A stretch of DNA of 64,000 nt from Anaerolineales bacterium (GTDB lineage Bacteria > Chloroflexota > Anaerolineae > Anaerolineales > Villigracilaceae), in assembly GCA_034433295.1 (NCBI GenBank), contig DAOUAS010000019.1:3713-67712 (forward strand), given 5' to 3'. The notes below the pieces were generated by a model. It did not search any database, had not been told where the DNA came from, and saw nothing but the letters and a program-made list of their open reading frames with translations. The stretch's first letter is position 1; every line of letters begins with the position of its first letter. Made by a program: the position numbers and the translations under genes. Below, piece after piece: positions 46,719-55,999 of the stretch.

Positions 46719-49064
46719 TTATAGTTCGTTTGTTGAAGAAGCATTGTCATCATTAAACTGCAATATTACTTCTGAACTGCCGAGAATCCGTTCGATTTCC
46801 TCGGCGGCGGCATGAAGGACGTTTTCGAGACTCGTCACTGAGCCGACGCGTCCCGTCGCATCGAAGATCGTGCGTTCCTTGATCGCCCGCCGCTGACTAT
46901 CCTCGATCAAACGGGCGTTTTCCAGCGTGATCCCGGCCCGGTTTGCGGCGGCTTGTGCGATGGCGGCTTCCTCATCTGTCCATGGCTGGCTGGCATCTCT
47001 CTCCAGTCCTACGACCCCAATGGTCTGGTTTAATACCTTTATGGGAATCAGAAGGGTTGTTTGTCCGTTGTGTTCCTGTCGTTTTTTATCTTCCTTGAAG
47101 AGAACAGGTTTGCCATTTTCGAGTTGTTTCAACAATTCCTCTGGAATATGACTTGACGCGGGCTTTGTCTGGATCCCGTCATATTCGTATCCCGGGCGCT
47201 CGCGCCAATCGATGCTGGAACGCCATGCATTTTGGGTTTGCATACGGTAGGTTTTGTCCAATTCGGACAGGGCTGTTTCGACCTGTTCCACTAACTTGGC
47301 ATTTTCGATTGCCGCGGCTAGTTGGTCGGCAAGTAATTGAAAGACCTTTACATCCTGCTCGCCAAATGCCGCCTCCACGTTTGCCTGGATATCCAAGGCT
47401 CCAATGATAATTCCGCGGCTTTGCAAAGGGAGGGTGATTTCGGACCGGGTTTCCGGCAGGAGCGGGTTTTGGAAGTGGATGGTGTCCTTGCCGGTATCGA
47501 GGGCAATAAGCGCCTGTCCGGTTTGAGTTGTGCTGCCAATCATCCCTCTCTGCCCCACCTTCAACTTAAAGTTTTGTTCAAGCAGTTGACTTGCAGCTGC
47601 GCCGCTTGCAGCTCGTAAAACCGCAAATTCCCCGCGTTCGTCAATCAGAAAGATGCTTACGTGGTAGTGTTGAAATCGTTCGCAAATCAAGTTCGCCGAT
47701 ACATTGAGAAGGGTATTCAGGTCGTGAATGATGGTGATCTCACGCGCCACTTCCGCAATCGTCTCAAGTTCCAGGGAACGACGTTCCAGATGCCGGGACC
47801 TGTCCGCGACTTTTTCTTCCAGGGTTTCGAGTGTCTGAGCAAGATCGTGGGACATTTCATTGAACGCGTTAGCCAGATCTTCCAGTTCATCGCCGGTTTG
47901 GATGTTGATGGTCTCTTTCAATCTGCCGCCGATCAATTGCAGATTTTCGGCCGATAATTGACTTGCATGCCTGGTCAGGCGGCGAAGCGGCACTGTGATG
48001 GATCGGGTGAGAAGGAAGAGAAGGGCCCCAAAAACGACCACCGTCAACCCCGAGTAAAGAATAAGGGTATTCTGTGGCGTCGAGGCCTCTCTTAAAATTT
48101 CATCTCGTGGAAACGCCAATCCCAAAGACCAGCCTGTGTTCATTCCAATTGGCTGGTATGCAACGAACATGGGCTTCCCCTGCGGGTCCATTACTTCGGC
48201 AAAGCCGGCATTCTCCTTTAGCATCGAATTGACCAAATCCCCCCACCCCTCGGCCTTTGGCGAATGCGCGGCATTACGCATGGACGTTTCCATGGGCTCG
48301 TAATCTCCCCCTGCATTTTCGCCGATTCCCAGAACCTTGCCGTTGGAGTCCAGCAAAAAAGCATAACCTTTTTGTCCGACTTTTATTTGACTTACAATTT
48401 CCTGCGTTTGCGAAAAAGCAATATCTGTTGTGGCAATTCCTCTTAATGCGCCTGACTTGTCGTAAAACGGCACGCTCCAGGTTACCATCCAAATTTTCGC
48501 GCCACCGATGTCAAAGTAAGGGGGGGATAAAATGATTCCGTTCGAATCTTTGGCAAGCCTGTACCAATCCTGGGCCGGGTAATTGTTTTCCGGCGTCCCC
48601 AACTGCGTAAACTGTAATTTGCCTTCGTCCGTTCGGCTGTAATAGGGCGCCCAGTATTGCATATCCGGCGTGAATTTATAGGGCTCATATGCGATGGTCG
48701 AGCCGACGACCTGTTCGTTTGGGGAGAGTATTTTTACTATGATATTTTTGCTTGCTTCCTCATCGAGTTCAAGGGCTTCAGCAGCGGCGCCAAGGTCGAT
48801 TGCCGTGCCCCGCGTCCAGATCAGGTTTGCGCGGATGACTTCGGCTTTTGCTTCGGCTTGGGTCACCAATTCGTTCTTTAAAGTGGCAATCAATGCTGTT
48901 CGTGCCGCCCGGATGCTCAGGAAGGTGGATATAGTAAAAGCCAGTGAAAGCAGCAGAATAATCATTGCAGGCAGTTTGACATCCAGATTTATTTTGCGCC
49001 TGAAGAAGACTCCGGGCGCGGAAGCGTTTGACTTGGGCAAGGTGTGGGTGGAGGGATTGCTCAT
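46719..49064 (-). CDS. membrane sensor paralog 6 (TM - dCache - TM - HAMP - S-helix - GAF - half-GAF - tail)
   Basis: dCache_1-like QDWYRLAK...MVTWSVPFYDKSGALRGIATTDI...GQKGYAFLLDSNGKVLG, HAMP DELEDLANAFNEMSHDL, S-helix LEEKVADRSRHLE, GAF FQHYHVSIFLIDE. Confidence 0.88.
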   Translation of the reverse strand: MSNPSTHTLPKSNASAPGVFFRRKINLDVKLPAMIILLLSLAFTISTFLSIRAARTALIATLKNELVTQAEAKAEVIRANLIWTRGTAIDLGAAAEALELDEEASKNIIVKILSPNEQVVGSTIAYEPYKFTPDMQYWAPYYSRTDEGKLQFTQLGTPENNYPAQDWYRLAKDSNGIILSPPYFDIGGAKIWMVTWSVPFYDKSGALRGIATTDIAFSQTQEIVSQIKVGQKGYAFLLDSNGKVLGIGENAGGDYEPMETSMRNAAHSPKAEGWGDLVNSMLKENAGFAEVMDPQGKPMFVAYQPIGMNTGWSLGLAFPRDEILREASTPQNTLILYSGLTVVVFGALLFLLTRSITVPLRRLTRHASQLSAENLQLIGGRLKETINIQTGDELEDLANAFNEMSHDLAQTLETLEEKVADRSRHLERRSLELETIAEVAREITIIHDLNTLLNVSANLICERFQHYHVSIFLIDERGEFAVLRAASGAAASQLLEQNFKLKVGQRGMIGSTTQTGQALIALDTGKDTIHFQNPLLPETRSEITLPLQSRGIIIGALDIQANVEAAFGEQDVKVFQLLADQLAAAIENAKLVEQVETALSELDKTYRMQTQNAWRSSIDWRERPGYEYDGIQTKPASSHIPEELLKQLENGKPVLFKEDKKRQEHNGQTTLLIPIKVLNQTIGVVGLERDASQPWTDEEAAIAQAAANRAGITLENARLIEDSQRRAIKERTIFDATGRVGSVTSLENVLHAAAEEIERILGSSEVILQFNDDNASSTNEL

Positions 49065-49069
49065 AATAC

Positions 49070-50800
49070 CTAATCCGTCATTGGTTTCTGCTCAACCGCA
49101 TTAGCATCCGGCGAGGTTTGCAGTTGTATGAATGCGCGTGTTGTGCCCAGCGTCCGGCCGAGTTCCTCCACGGTGGTTTGCAGGATATGGCCAAAATCGG
49201 TGGAGGCGCCAATCTGCGAACTGATTTGCGCGATGGCTTCCTCTTGTTCGGCGCGCCGCCTGGTTTGTTCGAGCAGGCGCGCATTTTCCAGGGCGAAGGC
49301 GGCCCGTTCTGAAATGGACTGTATGATGGTGATTTCGTCCTCGGTCCATTTTCGATCTGTTTCTGCGGCTTCGATGTGGATGATACCAATCACTTGATCC
49401 CGGAATTTGACGGGAACCGCCATGGCGGGCGGCGTATTTTTGGAGAGTTGGTTTTGCGCGATTTCGCCTGTTGCAAGCGCTTTTTCGATGCTTGGGCTGG
49501 AAATTGGCTCTGAGATTGAGATTGTTCCATCTGCATTGTATGAATAGCCGACTGAACCATGCTTGGGCGCGAATCCCTGACCGAATTTGGGAACCCTGCC
49601 CGAGACGCCAAATCCGGCCCTTTCGCTCGCCAGCGAGTGATTGATTGCAATGGCAACCTGGCTGGCAACCGCGCTGATAAGATCCGTGTCTTCATCTACA
49701 AAGGCGGCTGGCAATGTGCTTTGTATATCCAGTACGCCGATGATTTGCGAACCATATTTGAGGGGAACAGCCATTTCGGAACGCGTTTGGGGAAGATCGG
49801 GATTGTTGAAGAAAATCGCATCCGAGCCGGTATCGAGCGCAATGCGCGGTCGTCCCCCCTGCGAGACATATCCGACGATGCCGGCGCCCCCCACCCTCAT
49901 CTGATGCTGACGTTCGAGCATGCGTTTCCCGCCCTGACTGCTGGCGGCTCGCAGTACGGCAAATTCGCGGTTCTCATCCAGAAGGAATATGCCGACGTGA
50001 TAAAAATCGAGTCTTTCGCTGATGATTCGAACCGCGCGGTCCAGCAAGTCCTGAAGGTTTTGCCCCATGTTCGAAGAGATTTCCTGGGAAACCTCTGAAA
50101 CAACCTGCAAGCGCGTTGCACGCTTTTGCATTAGTTTGTTTGTTTCGCTCAATTCGCGGGTGCGCGCCTCCACCCGGCTTTCAAGTGTTTGGTTGACCTC
50201 CTTGAGTTCCAGGTTGCTTTTCAGGTAGGCATTCTTGTTCTCTGTGGCAATTTGCAGCAGCGAGTAATGTCTGCGAAAAATTGCGACAATGGCAGTCATG
50301 ATTGTTGCGAAGAAGAATGAATTGGCGTAGGTATATTGAAGGCTGGTCTTGTACGGATTGTCCAGAATTCCATATACCTCCGCGATACCGGTCGCGGCAA
50401 ATGAGCCTACCATCAATACTCCCAACAATATGGGGAACAATAAGTTATTTCTGCTCTGAATGTTTGCCAGGAGGAAAAGCCCCAAATTTCCAATCCACAG
50501 CAGGTCGTGAACGCCTTTTCCTTCAAAGATGGCGACAAAGCAAATCGAAAGCGCTGTGACGATGGGAAATACATTCAAAAACCGGTACCGATGCTGAAAA
50601 GCCTGGTATAAGGTAAACAAACCAACGGCACTGGCAATTGCAATCGCGATCAATGTAGCCGGGCTGCGATATACCAGCAGCGGGAATAACGTGGAGATCG
50701 CTGCCAGTGTCAGGGCAATCAATAATTCGGCGCGTTGTCCCAAGTCTTCCCCTGTGGGGTCTTTGAACAGATAGTCGCGGAGTTTGCTGAATATGTTCAT
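49070..50800 (-). CDS. membrane sensor paralog 7 (about 6 TM - S-helix - GAF - half-GAF - tail)
   Basis: S-helix LESRVEARTRELS, GAF LDFYHVGIFLLDE...TRSEMAVPL...IGVLDIQS. Confidence 0.85.
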   Translation of the reverse strand: MNIFSKLRDYLFKDPTGEDLGQRAELLIALTLAAISTLFPLLVYRSPATLIAIAIASAVGLFTLYQAFQHRYRFLNVFPIVTALSICFVAIFEGKGVHDLLWIGNLGLFLLANIQSRNNLLFPILLGVLMVGSFAATGIAEVYGILDNPYKTSLQYTYANSFFFATIMTAIVAIFRRHYSLLQIATENKNAYLKSNLELKEVNQTLESRVEARTRELSETNKLMQKRATRLQVVSEVSQEISSNMGQNLQDLLDRAVRIISERLDFYHVGIFLLDENREFAVLRAASSQGGKRMLERQHQMRVGGAGIVGYVSQGGRPRIALDTGSDAIFFNNPDLPQTRSEMAVPLKYGSQIIGVLDIQSTLPAAFVDEDTDLISAVASQVAIAINHSLASERAGFGVSGRVPKFGQGFAPKHGSVGYSYNADGTISISEPISSPSIEKALATGEIAQNQLSKNTPPAMAVPVKFRDQVIGIIHIEAAETDRKWTEDEITIIQSISERAAFALENARLLEQTRRRAEQEEAIAQISSQIGASTDFGHILQTTVEELGRTLGTTRAFIQLQTSPDANAVEQKPMTD

Positions 50801-52641
50801 GCCAATCCCTGGCTTTTTCTGCCCGTGTCTGGATTTTCTTCGCTTGTTCCGGGCGCATTTTCATTATTCGGCTGATCCAGTAGTTGGAATGTAACGGAAG
50901 CATTTCCAATGACCTGCCCCAATTCCTGCACCGTTTCCCGCAGGATGAAATCTGTCTGGGAGACCGCGTTGATGCGGGCTGAAATATCAGAGATGAGCGT
51001 TTCCCGCGCGGCATGTTGTTGCGATTCCTTGTAGAGACGCGCGCTTTCCAATGCCCCTCCCAATTGATCCGACAATGAAATTGCCAGATTGGTCTCCTCC
51101 TGGGTCCAGGCTTCTGAAATTTCGGTCTTTTTGAGGCGGACGGCGCCAATCACTTGACCGCGCACCCTGACCGGCAGGATGATGGTAAGCCCGTCGCTTT
51201 CCAGGGTGGGGGTTCCAGTCTCGAATGCCCTAGCGAGATTGGGATTGACTTGATCGGAACTGATCGGCACAGTAGCGGGTGTGGTCGCCAGGAAGCCGAT
51301 ACGCTGTTGCGTCCGAAGGAGTTTGTTCCACGCCCCGCGGCTTAATTCGGCATATCCCATGCGCGCAGACTCAATCGCCTTTTCCGCTTCATCGAACAGG
51401 TTTGCGTTTTGAATGGCGATTGCGATCTGTTCTGCAAGGATTTGCAGTGTGGAAACATCCTCTTCGGAGAATGCCTGCGGCTCCGTGCTTTGGACATCCA
51501 ACGCGCCAAGCATCTGTCCCCCGACGATCAGTGGAAGGGCCATTTCAGAGCGTGTTTGAGGCAGATCGGGATTGTCGAAATAAACGGCATCCTTGCCGAC
51601 ATCCAGCGCGATGCGGGCTTTTGCGTTCTGTGTTACGTACCCTACTATACCTACTTCTCCGACTTTAAGCCGGTGCTGTTTTTCCAACATGCGCCGGCCG
51701 CCGTCGCTGTTGCTGGCGCTTAGTACCGCATATTCCTTGTGTTCATCCAGCAGGAATATTCCCACGTGGTAGTATCCAAAATTTTCGTGAATCAGGTAGG
51801 CGGTTTGCTGAAGGAGTTCGGAAAGGTCGCGGAAGGACGTAATTGCCTTCCCCACGTCGGCAACCGCCTTCGATAATTTGCTTCTGTGTTCCAGTTGTCT
51901 GGTGCGTTCATTGACGCGGTTTTCAAGCGAAGCAATGGATGACCGCGCGTTGGCGGCGAGCATTCTAAGATTGAAGGACAGGGTGGCAAGTTCGCCTTTC
52001 AGTTTCCTGTCGTCAAATCGAAAATTGAGATTGCCCGCTGCAACTTCATTGGCGTAGTTGGCGAGTGCATGAAGGGGACTCAGAGTGAGCAAAATTGCCG
52101 CGGCGCCCAGCAGCGTGCTTATGACAAAAGCGATCAAAGATTGTGTCTGGAGTTCTCGCGTCAAAATGTCAACCTTGCTGTTCTCTTTTGGTGGCTTTCC
52201 TACAACCACCGACACAGGGCCGGTTGGTGACGCCCGGTACGATGCTGCCAATTTCCCCGTCTTTTCGTCGAGGAGGCTCGTGGAGGAACCTTGAAAGAAG
52301 GCCTCGAGCGTGGATGAGGAAAAGTCCCCACCGGCAGATTGTCCGATTTTGTCCGGGTTTGAATGGGTCAGGTATGTCCCATCAGGGGCAATGAGGTAAA
52401 AACTTTCGCCTTCGAACAGAGTGGACATGTTTGCCGTCAACACCTGTTGTTCGTCGGGGTTTGCCTCCAGTTTTTTGGCATAGGCGAGGGCATGATCGCT
52501 CATTACGCTCAGTTGCCCGGCAACGGCGCTTTTGCTGATTTGCTGTCGTGCGGCAATAAAGACACTGCCGGCCAGGATCAGGCTTATGAGTAGAAATAGT
52601 AGAATCAATTGCCGGGTTATGGGGCTTTTTAATTGGTTCAC
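50797..52641 (-). CDS. membrane sensor paralog 8 (TM - extracytoplasmic domain - TM - HAMP - S-helix - GAF - half-GAF - tail)
   Basis: HAMP-like LHALANYANEVAAGNLNFRF, S-helix LENRVNERTRQLE, GAF FGYYHVGIFLLDE...TRSEMALPL. Confidence 0.85.
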   Translation of the reverse strand: MNQLKSPITRQLILLFLLISLILAGSVFIAARQQISKSAVAGQLSVMSDHALAYAKKLEANPDEQQVLTANMSTLFEGESFYLIAPDGTYLTHSNPDKIGQSAGGDFSSSTLEAFFQGSSTSLLDEKTGKLAASYRASPTGPVSVVVGKPPKENSKVDILTRELQTQSLIAFVISTLLGAAAILLTLSPLHALANYANEVAAGNLNFRFDDRKLKGELATLSFNLRMLAANARSSIASLENRVNERTRQLEHRSKLSKAVADVGKAITSFRDLSELLQQTAYLIHENFGYYHVGIFLLDEHKEYAVLSASNSDGGRRMLEKQHRLKVGEVGIVGYVTQNAKARIALDVGKDAVYFDNPDLPQTRSEMALPLIVGGQMLGALDVQSTEPQAFSEEDVSTLQILAEQIAIAIQNANLFDEAEKAIESARMGYAELSRGAWNKLLRTQQRIGFLATTPATVPISSDQVNPNLARAFETGTPTLESDGLTIILPVRVRGQVIGAVRLKKTEISEAWTQEETNLAISLSDQLGGALESARLYKESQQHAARETLISDISARINAVSQTDFILRETVQELGQVIGNASVTFQLLDQPNNENAPGTSEENPDTGRKSQGLA

Positions 52642-52677
52642 AAAACGCCTCTTTGTCTTCTATCGTTCATCTTGAAA

Positions 52678-54348
52678 CTACCTTGGCTTGAGCGAACCCG
52701 TATTTTTTCTTGCCGAGGCGCCCTCTGCCTGAAGCGATCCAATTGCTATTTCAGCCTCCTTGAGGTCGAATACCCTGCGTAATTCGGTTGCGGTGGTGCG
52801 CAGAACAGATTCTATGTCAAGGGTCTCGCGAATGTGGGCGGAGATACTGGCAATCACCTGGTCGCGCAAGGCGCTTTTCTGTGTTTCGTCCACCAGGCGG
52901 CTGTTTTCGATTGCCAGAGCCACTTGATCGGCCACTTTTTCCACCAAAACGCGTTCCCGTTCGGACCATGTGATCGATGAGCCTTTCCTTTTCAGTATGA
53001 TCTTTCCAATCTGTTGTCCATGCAAAACCAACGGAATACGGAGTCCGTGTTGATCCTCCTGTCTGTTGCTCGCAAAGATTGGACGCACCCCGGCTGGGGT
53101 GTATTGAAAAGCCGGTTTGTGACGGCTTGTAAACTTTGTCCAGGTTTCGCGTGTTTGGACGGATGTGTTCAATTCCAGTTGACTTACCAGGTTTTTGGTC
53201 TCGTTGATCAGACGGGCATTATCCAGGGAGATTGCCACAAGATCGGCAAGCGTTTGCAATACCTCTGCATCCTGCTCGGTAAAGGATTTGGGCTGGTCTG
53301 AATGCATGTCTAATATGCCGATTATGTTGTTGCGCACGGTCAATGGCAGGGCCATGCGCGAACGTGTGAGCGGAAAATTGGCGTCGCGAATAAAGTTGAC
53401 TTCGTCCACATCCGACGCAATGTAGGGGGTGTTGTGTTCGATGACCCTGTAGGCCAGATTAAACCTGTCCGGTTCTATGCGGTATCCCTGTCCGATGAGT
53501 TTTTTTGCGTCTTGTGAAGACGCCGCCTGCAGATAGGCGTGTTTTTTCCTTTCGTCCAAAAGATATAAGCCCACATGATAGTACCCGAAATATTCAGAGG
53601 TTAGATCCGTGGCGGTTTCGATCAATTGAGAGACATCCTGTATTTCCGCAATCGTTCTGGATATGGATGCGGAGGAGCGTAATTGCGCGGTTCGAGAGGA
53701 TAGTTCCTCCGTGCGCTCGATTACCCGGCTTTCCAGCCGGGCCCGTTCGTTCGCAAGCGACTGGACCGTGTTTTGCATGTCTGTTGTGACATCTGAAAAC
53801 GCCTTTTTGAGGTGGCCAACCGCAATGACGATGATCGCGCCGATAATGGAAAAACCAACGACATATTCAACCCAATCGAGCCATGTGATTTCCAGTCTGG
53901 GAGAGAGACTGGATTGACGGATGCCGAGTTGTTGCAGTAGAGCGACCGCGCCAATTGTGAAAACGCTGAGCGCAAAGGCAGCTATGTCGACTCGCTGTTC
54001 GAATAACAAGGCGGCCAGAACTATGAATGCGATGAAAAAAACGCTTCCGTCAAACCAGGGACCCCAGCTCAAAATGTTGTTTGCGCCAACGGCATATGTG
54101 ATAAAAAGCAAAGTATAGGCGCGCGCCAGATATTTTGTTTTTAATACGGTCACCAATAACAATGCAAAATAAAGGGAAATGAAAAGCGCGCGTTCGTTTG
54201 TAGAAGATGTGGGAAAGAGAAATAAAATGGCCGCAAATCCCAGAATGCAAGCAATACGGAGAGTGACGGTGACGAATCCGTCCCGCCGGCTTTGATAATC
54301 GAGAGCGCCCGATACAGGCACGGTTGGTATGTTATCCATTATCGTCAC
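52678..54348 (-). CDS. membrane sensor paralog 9 (about 6 TM - S-helix - GAF - half-GAF - tail)
   Basis: S-helix LESRVIERTEELS, GAF FGYYHVGLYLLDE...TRSRMALPL...IGILDMHS. Confidence 0.85.
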   Translation of the reverse strand: MTIMDNIPTVPVSGALDYQSRRDGFVTVTLRIACILGFAAILFLFPTSSTNERALFISLYFALLLVTVLKTKYLARAYTLLFITYAVGANNILSWGPWFDGSVFFIAFIVLAALLFEQRVDIAAFALSVFTIGAVALLQQLGIRQSSLSPRLEITWLDWVEYVVGFSIIGAIIVIAVGHLKKAFSDVTTDMQNTVQSLANERARLESRVIERTEELSSRTAQLRSSASISRTIAEIQDVSQLIETATDLTSEYFGYYHVGLYLLDERKKHAYLQAASSQDAKKLIGQGYRIEPDRFNLAYRVIEHNTPYIASDVDEVNFIRDANFPLTRSRMALPLTVRNNIIGILDMHSDQPKSFTEQDAEVLQTLADLVAISLDNARLINETKNLVSQLELNTSVQTRETWTKFTSRHKPAFQYTPAGVRPIFASNRQEDQHGLRIPLVLHGQQIGKIILKRKGSSITWSERERVLVEKVADQVALAIENSRLVDETQKSALRDQVIASISAHIRETLDIESVLRTTATELRRVFDLKEAEIAIGSLQAEGASARKNTGSLKPR

Positions 54349-55999
54349 CTATTGATACTTCGATGTCGACCTCCGAAGCCTCCAGGGCGCGTCCCAGTTC
54401 GCGGACTGTTGTTTGAAGGATGCTGTCCATTGTTGTGGAGGCCCAGATTTTTGCCGTGATTTCGTTTGCCAGTCTCTCGCGTATGGCGACGGACTGACTG
54501 TCTTCCACCAGGCGCGCGTTCTCCAGGGCGAAGGCGGCCTGGGTGGCGATGGATTCTACAAGTTTTTTTTGTTCAGGCGTCCACGTTTCCGGGTTGGACA
54601 TTTCAATTTGTCCTATCACCTGTTCGCGCAGGGATAACGGAACTCTAAGTTCCTGTTCATTGCCAAGGTCCATGCTGCCAAGCGTATACTCATAACTTTT
54701 TTCCGACGCAAGGGACTGCCAGACCCCGTGCAGGTATTGTTCCTGGGTTGCGCTCATTTCACGAATGCTTTGTTGAGCTTCGTTGAACAGTCGGGAGTTT
54801 TCGAGTGCGATTGCAACCTGGTGCGCCATGTTCTGGTAGGTATCTGCGTCCTGTGTGACGAATGTATTTTCCTTCGACGAGTGCATTTCCAGGGCGCCGA
54901 TGACACGGTCGCCAACGACCAGGGGGGCTGCGACTTGCGAGCGGGTGTATGGAAGTAACGGGTTATCCGTCCGCGCAAGTTGTTTGGTTGCCGAAATCTT
55001 ATGCCATGCCTCCGTGTAAAATGTTTCGGGGCGATTATCAGATTGGGTGGATTCCTGATTGGTGTCCGCGACAATATAGGTTTGCTTGGCGCGTATGACA
55101 GTGCTTACCGGTCCCCTGCCATTAATATCCACGTGATGTTTGTTTTCAAGCAGTAATTTGCCGGCCTCTCCGGTTGCTGCCTTTAGTTCGGCCCACTGTC
55201 CTGAGGCATCGACCAGATAGATGGCGGTGTAGTAACATTCGAACTCGTCGCCTATCAAATGCGCGGCGCGAGTCAAAAGCGCGTCGGGGTCGAGGATGGC
55301 TGTAATCATGCGCCCGATTGCATTAACCTTCTGCATCTGCCGGGTGCGTTCGATCACCCTTCTTTCAAGGTTGTTGCGTTCGTCTCTAATGAGATTGAGA
55401 TTCGAATCGATTTGTTTTTGCGATTCGAGAAAGGCATTTTCGAGACGTTGAAACCCCAGGATCACAAGCACCCCGACCATGATAACCATGAGAGAGCCGG
55501 TTATCCAGTCCAGAATGACGGCCTTGGAGGTGAAAGGAGCAATCGGGGATATCGTATTGCTCAACATCAGCCATCCGGTTGTGGCGGTGGTGAGAATTGA
55601 TACTGCGATTGAAATGATCCCGGCGCGGGGAGAAAGGAGCAATGTCGCAAGTACAATTGCGGATATGAAGAAGAATGTGCCGTCTCCCAGGATGCCATAC
55701 CTAAGCAGTTCTGCCACTCCCAATGCGTAAAAACTCAGGAGGAAAACGCTGATGCGGATGGCATACGAGAATTCTATAACGGTAACAATTCCCGTTAACA
55801 CAAATGCCGCGATAAATATTGCCTTGAGCAGGTTGCTTTCACTGGCGCTGTTGAGGGCGGGTATCAAGACTCCAAGCCCCATCGCAAGCGCAACGAGCAG
55901 GAGCGGCATGACAAATCGCTCGCGCCAGTTCTTATATAACAGGCGGGTTGCCTCCGCGGGATTGGAAGGTGGATTTAAGGAAGAATTGTTTTGGGTCAT
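54332..55999 (-). CDS. membrane sensor paralog 10 (about 6 TM - S-helix - divergent GAF with an insertion - half-GAF - tail)
   Basis: S-helix LERRVIERTRQMQ. GAF FECYYTAIYLVDA...(about 40-aa insert)...TRSQVAAPL...IGALEMHS. Confidence 0.82.
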   Translation of the reverse strand: MTQNNSSLNPPSNPAEATRLLYKNWRERFVMPLLLVALAMGLGVLIPALNSASESNLLKAIFIAAFVLTGIVTVIEFSYAIRISVFLLSFYALGVAELLRYGILGDGTFFFISAIVLATLLLSPRAGIISIAVSILTTATTGWLMLSNTISPIAPFTSKAVILDWITGSLMVIMVGVLVILGFQRLENAFLESQKQIDSNLNLIRDERNNLERRVIERTRQMQKVNAIGRMITAILDPDALLTRAAHLIGDEFECYYTAIYLVDASGQWAELKAATGEAGKLLLENKHHVDINGRGPVSTVIRAKQTYIVADTNQESTQSDNRPETFYTEAWHKISATKQLARTDNPLLPYTRSQVAAPLVVGDRVIGALEMHSSKENTFVTQDADTYQNMAHQVAIALENSRLFNEAQQSIREMSATQEQYLHGVWQSLASEKSYEYTLGSMDLGNEQELRVPLSLREQVIGQIEMSNPETWTPEQKKLVESIATQAAFALENARLVEDSQSVAIRERLANEITAKIWASTTMDSILQTTVRELGRALEASEVDIEVSIGDDNG